Assembly: GCA_031411295.1 (NCBI GenBank)
Contig: JANOAV010000008.1
Coordinates: 1 to 63,827, forward strand
Reading direction: 5' to 3'
Length of the DNA: 63,827 nucleotides
Source of the DNA: Verrucomicrobiales bacterium
Lineage (GTDB): Bacteria > Verrucomicrobiota > Verrucomicrobiia > Verrucomicrobiales > V1-33
Shown here: positions 59,172-63,827 of the stretch, in pieces
Position numbering within the stretch: position 1 is the first letter of the stretch
How the letters are laid out: each line of letters opens with the position of its first letter
The notes under the pieces: model-generated
Databases searched by the model: none
Seen by the model: only the letters and a program-made list of their open reading frames with translations
What the model was told of the DNA's origin: nothing
Made by a program: the position numbers and the translations under genes

Positions 59172-61638
59172 TCATTCAACTTTGGAGGCCGTCGCTGCGC
59201 AGGACATTGGAGCGCCGACAATTCTTATGGCCGCGGAAGCTTCGATGCTAGGGCTTTTTTGCTCTGAAGGTTCAAACCATGTTTTCGACAGGATCACACG
59301 GATTGCGAGACTGGCCCTGCGAGTTCCCTTGGTATTGATGAGCGTGCGGGATCACCATCGGCAGTGGTATAAGAGCGTTGCCGCGGAAGATGAAATCTGG
59401 ACTCAGGCGGCGGATGAGTCCCCAACACGTTCCATTTGCCAGCTGGCAGCTATTAGTGAGCAGTCGCTATGTGTCCGGAACGTATCATTGAGTCCTCTAA
59501 AGTGCGCACGGTTGGTTCCGTCTGACGCCAGTGTGGGAGCCTATTTGGCCAGCCCCATTCGCTTGCCAGACGGGCGGCCGCTGGGCTCCCTTTGTGCCGT
59601 TTCAGCAACTCCGCGCGAATGGAGTGGGGAGAATCAGTCGATGCTGGCCGATTTGGCGGCCCTCATTAACAACGAAATTAAATTGCGCTGGGAAGCAGTG
59701 CAACGCCGCAACACGGTGGTGAGTTTGGAGCCAGGAATGAGTCTGACGCTTAATCTTTTTGATCACAGTAGTGATTGCATTAAACTTCTGGATGCGGCCG
59801 GGTCCCTAACGTTTATGAATGCCTCAGGACAGGCGCTGCAGGGCGTGGAAGACATCAGTGTCCTGCTGGGCAGGCCGTGGGTCAGCATGTGGCCGGAAGC
59901 TTCCAGACCCCTAGTGGAATCATCGCTGCGAACGGCCAGAATCGGCCAGACCAGTCGCTTCAGGGCGGAATGTCCGATGTTAACCGGGGATTCCAAATGG
60001 TGGGACGTGGCCGTCTCTGGCATCATGGATCGGGATGGGAACATCCTTAGCATCCTTGCGATTTCCCGAGACATCACCCGCGAGAAGCATAACGCCGACG
60101 CGCTCCGTGAAAGTGAAACCAAATTCAAGGCGCTGGCGAATAATATTACCCAGTTCGCGTGGATGGCGGATGCCTCCGGGGAGTTGTTTTGGTATAACCA
60201 AAGGTGGTTTAACTATACGGGCACGACTCTGGAACAGATGTTCGGTTGGGGTTGGAAAACCGTGCACCACCCTGACCATGTGGATCGGGTGGTGGAGAAA
60301 TTTACCAAATGCCTGACTGACGTTACAGAATGGGAAGACACCTTCCCTCTGCGCGGCAAGGATGGAACCTATCGCTGGTTTCTTTCGCGTGCCGTGCCCA
60401 TCCTCAATTCCAAGGCCGAGGTCCAGTATTGGTTCGGCACCAACACAGATGTCACCGAGCAACTGCAAACAGCCGAGGAGTTGCGGCGCGCCTCCCAGGC
60501 GAAGGACAATTTCATTGCGGTGCTCTCACACGAATTGAGAACGCCGCTGAACCCGGTGCTCCTCATTGCTAGTGAAGCCATGACCAGGGAGGATCTGCCG
60601 GAGCATATCAAAGAAGATTTCAACACCATTCGAAAGAGCATTGAGATGGAGGCCCGGCTCATTGATGATCTGCTGGACCTAACTAGAATCACTCATGGGA
60701 AATTGCAGTTGGTGTCCAGCACAATGATCGTGGCCGACATCATTAATGAAACGGTCACATATCTGCGCAGTGAGGCTGCGGAGAAATCACTGCTAGTTGT
60801 TATAAATTATCATGGTGAATTTCCCGTCTTGCAAGGGGACGATATGCGCCTCCGTCAGGTGCTGTGGAATATCCTGCGGAATTCTATCAAATTCACTCCA
60901 GCAAATGGCACGGTGTCGTTGTCCACGGGGATTGTGCAGAATACGTTCAATGTTACCATCACGGACACTGGAATTGGCATGAGCGAAGATGAGATCGCCC
61001 ACGTCTTTGAACCATTCAGACAAGGCAGCCATGCCGACGTGGCAGGCGTGCAGCGATTCGGAGGCCTTGGATTGGGGCTCGGGATCTCCAGGATGCTGGT
61101 GGAAATGCATGGTGGCAGTATGGCCATTACCAGTCCGGGCCGAAACCAAGGAACCACAGTGGTCCTCACCTTGCCGTTTTCGTCAACTGATCCTCAATTA
61201 ATCCGGTCGCATCCCAACCTTACGGAGATGCTGTTACCCAAGGAATCGCCTCTGAATATTCTACTGGTAGAAGATCACGAACCCACTCGCCAAACCCTGT
61301 CCAGACTGTTACAACGCCGGGGCCACACATTGACATCTGCCGCCACGCTCACAGCAGCGCGTCAACTAGCCAGTAGTTCCAAATTCGATCTCCTCGTATC
61401 TGACATTGGTCTGCCCGATGGCCGTGGGGACGAGCTTATGCGTGAATTACGCGTGAGTCAGCCGGATCTGCTAGGTATCGCACTGAGTGGCTACGGCATG
61501 GAGGCCGATATTCAGAAAAGCAAGCAGGCAGGCTTCTCGCAACATCTGACCAAGCCAGTTTCTCTAGCCAACCTAGAGAAGGCGCTGCGCAAAATGGGGG
61601 AGAAAATCCAGCAGCAAAATAGCTGGCCCCCACGATAG
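59161..61638 (+). CDS. Hybrid sensor histidine kinase (GAF-PAS-PAS-HisKA-HATPase-REC)
   Basis: SHELRTPL, WNILRNSIKFT, DTGIG, GGLGLGL, REC with VEDHE/SDIGLPDG/KP. Confidence 0.95.
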   Translation: MHPNHSTLEAVAAQDIGAPTILMAAEASMLGLFCSEGSNHVFDRITRIARLALRVPLVLMSVRDHHRQWYKSVAAEDEIWTQAADESPTRSICQLAAISEQSLCVRNVSLSPLKCARLVPSDASVGAYLASPIRLPDGRPLGSLCAVSATPREWSGENQSMLADLAALINNEIKLRWEAVQRRNTVVSLEPGMSLTLNLFDHSSDCIKLLDAAGSLTFMNASGQALQGVEDISVLLGRPWVSMWPEASRPLVESSLRTARIGQTSRFRAECPMLTGDSKWWDVAVSGIMDRDGNILSILAISRDITREKHNADALRESETKFKALANNITQFAWMADASGELFWYNQRWFNYTGTTLEQMFGWGWKTVHHPDHVDRVVEKFTKCLTDVTEWEDTFPLRGKDGTYRWFLSRAVPILNSKAEVQYWFGTNTDVTEQLQTAEELRRASQAKDNFIAVLSHELRTPLNPVLLIASEAMTREDLPEHIKEDFNTIRKSIEMEARLIDDLLDLTRITHGKLQLVSSTMIVADIINETVTYLRSEAAEKSLLVVINYHGEFPVLQGDDMRLRQVLWNILRNSIKFTPANGTVSLSTGIVQNTFNVTITDTGIGMSEDEIAHVFEPFRQGSHADVAGVQRFGGLGLGLGISRMLVEMHGGSMAITSPGRNQGTTVVLTLPFSSTDPQLIRSHPNLTEMLLPKESPLNILLVEDHEPTRQTLSRLLQRRGHTLTSAATLTAARQLASSSKFDLLVSDIGLPDGRGDELMRELRVSQPDLLGIALSGYGMEADIQKSKQAGFSQHLTKPVSLANLEKALRKMGEKIQQQNSWPPR

Positions 61639-61784
61639 CCTGTTAGCTCATAATGCAAACCAAAGCGAGGTATTTCAGAATCATCGTTCGCAGGAAGCGC
61701 GTAGCGACGCCCAACGTCTCAAGCACTGGCAGCCTCCGGGCGGGGCAGCACGTGGAACGCGCTATGCCATTGAGTGGGGTTTGA

Positions 61785-62036
61785 AGGAGGACGGTGGCCT
61801 TGGCCGCCAAGGCGGTGATGAGCACGGCACGGTCCTTGGCTTTGGGAAAACCCAAGGACCTTTCCCTTATGGCGAGGGCAATTGGGACCAGTTGCATCAG
61901 GGGATGGATTTGGCTCTCCCAAACAGAGGCGGCATTCGCCCCGATTTTGGGGAGATGGCGGAGGGTTTCCTGGAGGCAGTAGCCCGGAATCCGAATCATG
62001 AGGGATGAGGCGTGGTTAGTGAAGTAGAGACTGCCC
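61785..62036 (-). pseudogene. Internal fragment of a PIN-domain-like protein
   Basis: YCLQETLRHLPK...FPKAKDRAVLITALAAKATVLL; lacks both the N-terminal Asp motif and the C-terminal TxD. Confidence 0.5.
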
Positions 62037-63827
62037 TTACAACGATTCAACTTTCAACCGGATGAAGTAGGGCTCGTTCCGTCCGTCTGGAGTGCCAATT
62101 TCGACTATGGAACTTCCTCCGGAAGGGACTCCAATGTTCATGCGCTGCGTGCCTCCCTCCAGCCATGCCCAATCGGCCACGCCGTCTTTACGGGCAATGA
62201 CCGTCCATGGGGTGGCGAGAGCGCTGGTGCCCTCGATCTTATAACGGATGTCCGGGCGGGCAGGGGCGGGCAGGGTGAATCTAATCCAGCCGCGGCCGCC
62301 TTGGGTGGTGCCTTCGGTGACGGACCCGTTGGATTTTCCTGGGGTCAGATTCAGCGCATACTCGGCGAAGTTGCTCAGGCCATCGCCGTCAGGATCACTG
62401 TCGGGTAGGGAAGCCACGCCGGAGCCAGGGAAGTTTGTGGCATACCAAGAGGTGTAGGCTGCCCCGGTCGGGCTGATGACTCCACTTTGCCGGATGCTGC
62501 CGTCATCTCCCACGGTGATGATGGTGTTGTTAAAGAACGTGGCGGCGTAGCGGTCGGTAGTGGTGCCAGCCGGGTAGGAATACCACGTCTTGCCGTCCAA
62601 TGACATGACATCCACGTCAGCATTGGAGTTGTTCCGGTCAATGCCCGCCAGAAAGTAGATTCCGGATCCGTAGGCGTAGGCCTCCAAGTCCTCCGCGCTG
62701 GTGCGTGCAATGGTGAAGGTAGTGGCATTGTCCGTGGAAACGAGGAGATTTGAATATGCGCCATTGGTGACGAAGCGGTCATTAAGCCAAGCGTTTCTGC
62801 GCACGCTCTGCGAAGGAGCCAGCCCGAGATTGGAACTGCGGGGATGCCAGTTCAGGCCCTCATAGGAAATCCAAGCCTGGGCATTATTATTCGTGGCGGA
62901 AGTGACGCCGGTCATCAGGAAGGTAGAGCCGCTCCATGACAAGCCGTCAAACCTGTAGGGGGCGAAGGGTGCGATGTTAGAGGAGCCCCATGTGACGCCA
63001 TCGGTGGAGGTGACGACTTCACCGGATTCCCCAGCGGCGACATACCTGCTGCCCACGGCAATGGCGCGGAGAGGCTTGCCTCCTGTAAAACGCGTGGTCC
63101 ATGTGGCACCATCTGGAGAAGTGAGGACTTTCCCCACCCAGGCGTTGATGCCGAAGTCATAGTCTTTTCCCACGGCGACGAATTTGCTGCCGTCATGGGT
63201 GATCGCTGCCATGTGCACATTATTCCCGAAGGTCCCGCTGTTCCAAGTAGCTCCGTCGGTTGACCAGGCGTAGGGACCCTTAAACACGCCAGAAGCCCCC
63301 TCCCCCACGGCGACCACCCGGCCTCCGCCTGAGGCGATGGCGGTGAAGCGGTCTGTAACTGGGGTGGTGCGGCTGGTGAAGGTGCGTGCGGGATCAGAAA
63401 CGGTGATGTTGTGATTCAGGGTGGCCATGCCGCCGCGCTCATCCAGGACCCGGAGTGTGATGGACTGAGAAGTGCCGAAGTGGAAGAACATGGCGCTGGT
63501 GCCGCCCTCCTGCATGTCCACCTGCAGGCCGAAGTCCCAGACATAAGTGAGGGGATTTCCATCGGTGTCCGTGGCACTTGCGCGGAAGGTGGTCACCTGC
63601 CTGGCGGAGCCGGTGGCAGGAGCCGAGGTGAAGCTCGGCACAGGATTACTGTTGGTCGGGTAAAACGAAGCACTGCGGCGGACAACGCCATTGTTTTCCA
63701 CACTCAGCATCCGCCCAGCTCCGTAAACCATCCGATTGGCATTGCGCCCCACATCGGCATTGCCGCGGGACCGCGCCCATTTGACGCCATCGGGAGAAAC
63801 CAGCAGCGCCCCCGGCTGGCCGTTCAC
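62037..63827 (-). CDS. Large secreted protein, 5' part outside the window: PKD-like domain, SxDGxxW propeller repeats, verrucomicrobial-type C-terminal domain
   Basis: ATDTDGNPLTYVWDFG; repeated STDGxTW; DPDGDGLSNFAEYAL; YFIRLKV terminus. Confidence 0.85.
   Translation of the reverse strand: MNGQPGALLVSPDGVKWARSRGNADVGRNANRMVYGAGRMLSVENNGVVRRSASFYPTNSNPVPSFTSAPATGSARQVTTFRASATDTDGNPLTYVWDFGLQVDMQEGGTSAMFFHFGTSQSITLRVLDERGGMATLNHNITVSDPARTFTSRTTPVTDRFTAIASGGGRVVAVGEGASGVFKGPYAWSTDGATWNSGTFGNNVHMAAITHDGSKFVAVGKDYDFGINAWVGKVLTSPDGATWTTRFTGGKPLRAIAVGSRYVAAGESGEVVTSTDGVTWGSSNIAPFAPYRFDGLSWSGSTFLMTGVTSATNNNAQAWISYEGLNWHPRSSNLGLAPSQSVRRNAWLNDRFVTNGAYSNLLVSTDNATTFTIARTSAEDLEAYAYGSGIYFLAGIDRNNSNADVDVMSLDGKTWYSYPAGTTTDRYAATFFNNTIITVGDDGSIRQSGVISPTGAAYTSWYATNFPGSGVASLPDSDPDGDGLSNFAEYALNLTPGKSNGSVTEGTTQGGRGWIRFTLPAPARPDIRYKIEGTSALATPWTVIARKDGVADWAWLEGGTQRMNIGVPSGGSSIVEIGTPDGRNEPYFIRLKVESL

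Larger units (their letters stand above)
42000..62036. mobile_element. Putative decayed genomic island of stress-response genes next to tRNA-Lys
   Basis: Gene content changes after the tRNA and at least five broken genes are present; no integrase or att duplicate seen; right end uncertain. Confidence 0.5.

Overview
Bacterial chromosomal window, most likely from Verrucomicrobiota (inferred from a PEP-CTERM protein, tandem Cys-type sulfatases, His6-type hisA, a DUF1573 protein and verrucomicrobial-style C-terminal domains). 1-41.9 kb is mostly core and carbohydrate metabolism: GMC oxidoreductase, tatD, prolyl oligopeptidase, an LMW-phosphatase/RpiB/GlyA triple fusion, an MFS transporter, ilvB, xylA, GntP, four sulfatases, an oppD-like ATPase, M48 peptidase, hisA, cobB, tsaD and pepP. 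It opens with an AlkP-TPR / PEP-CTERM / sulfotransferase cassette bracketed by an exact 17-bp direct repeat. After tRNA-Lys(TTT) at 41927-41999 comes a partly decayed ~20 kb island of general-stress genes: two CsbD proteins, entericidin, a YqjD/E/K-like trio, AI-2E, DUF1328, a DUF892-like protein, an L,D-transpeptidase, LpxR and a Zn-peptidase. Five sigma54 -24/-12 motifs (plus one degenerate copy) precede its transcription units, each with a nearby TGCA-N3-TGCA-like site pair. The island also encodes an AlgB-like sigma54 activator with no adjacent sensor kinase, a GAF-PAS-PAS hybrid kinase, a ChpT-like pseudo-kinase and an ECF sigma factor interrupted by a nonsense codon. The best candidate for an undescribed system is this sigma54-driven general-stress regulon with a possible phosphorelay. 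All family assignments come from reading motifs by eye; no database searches were run.
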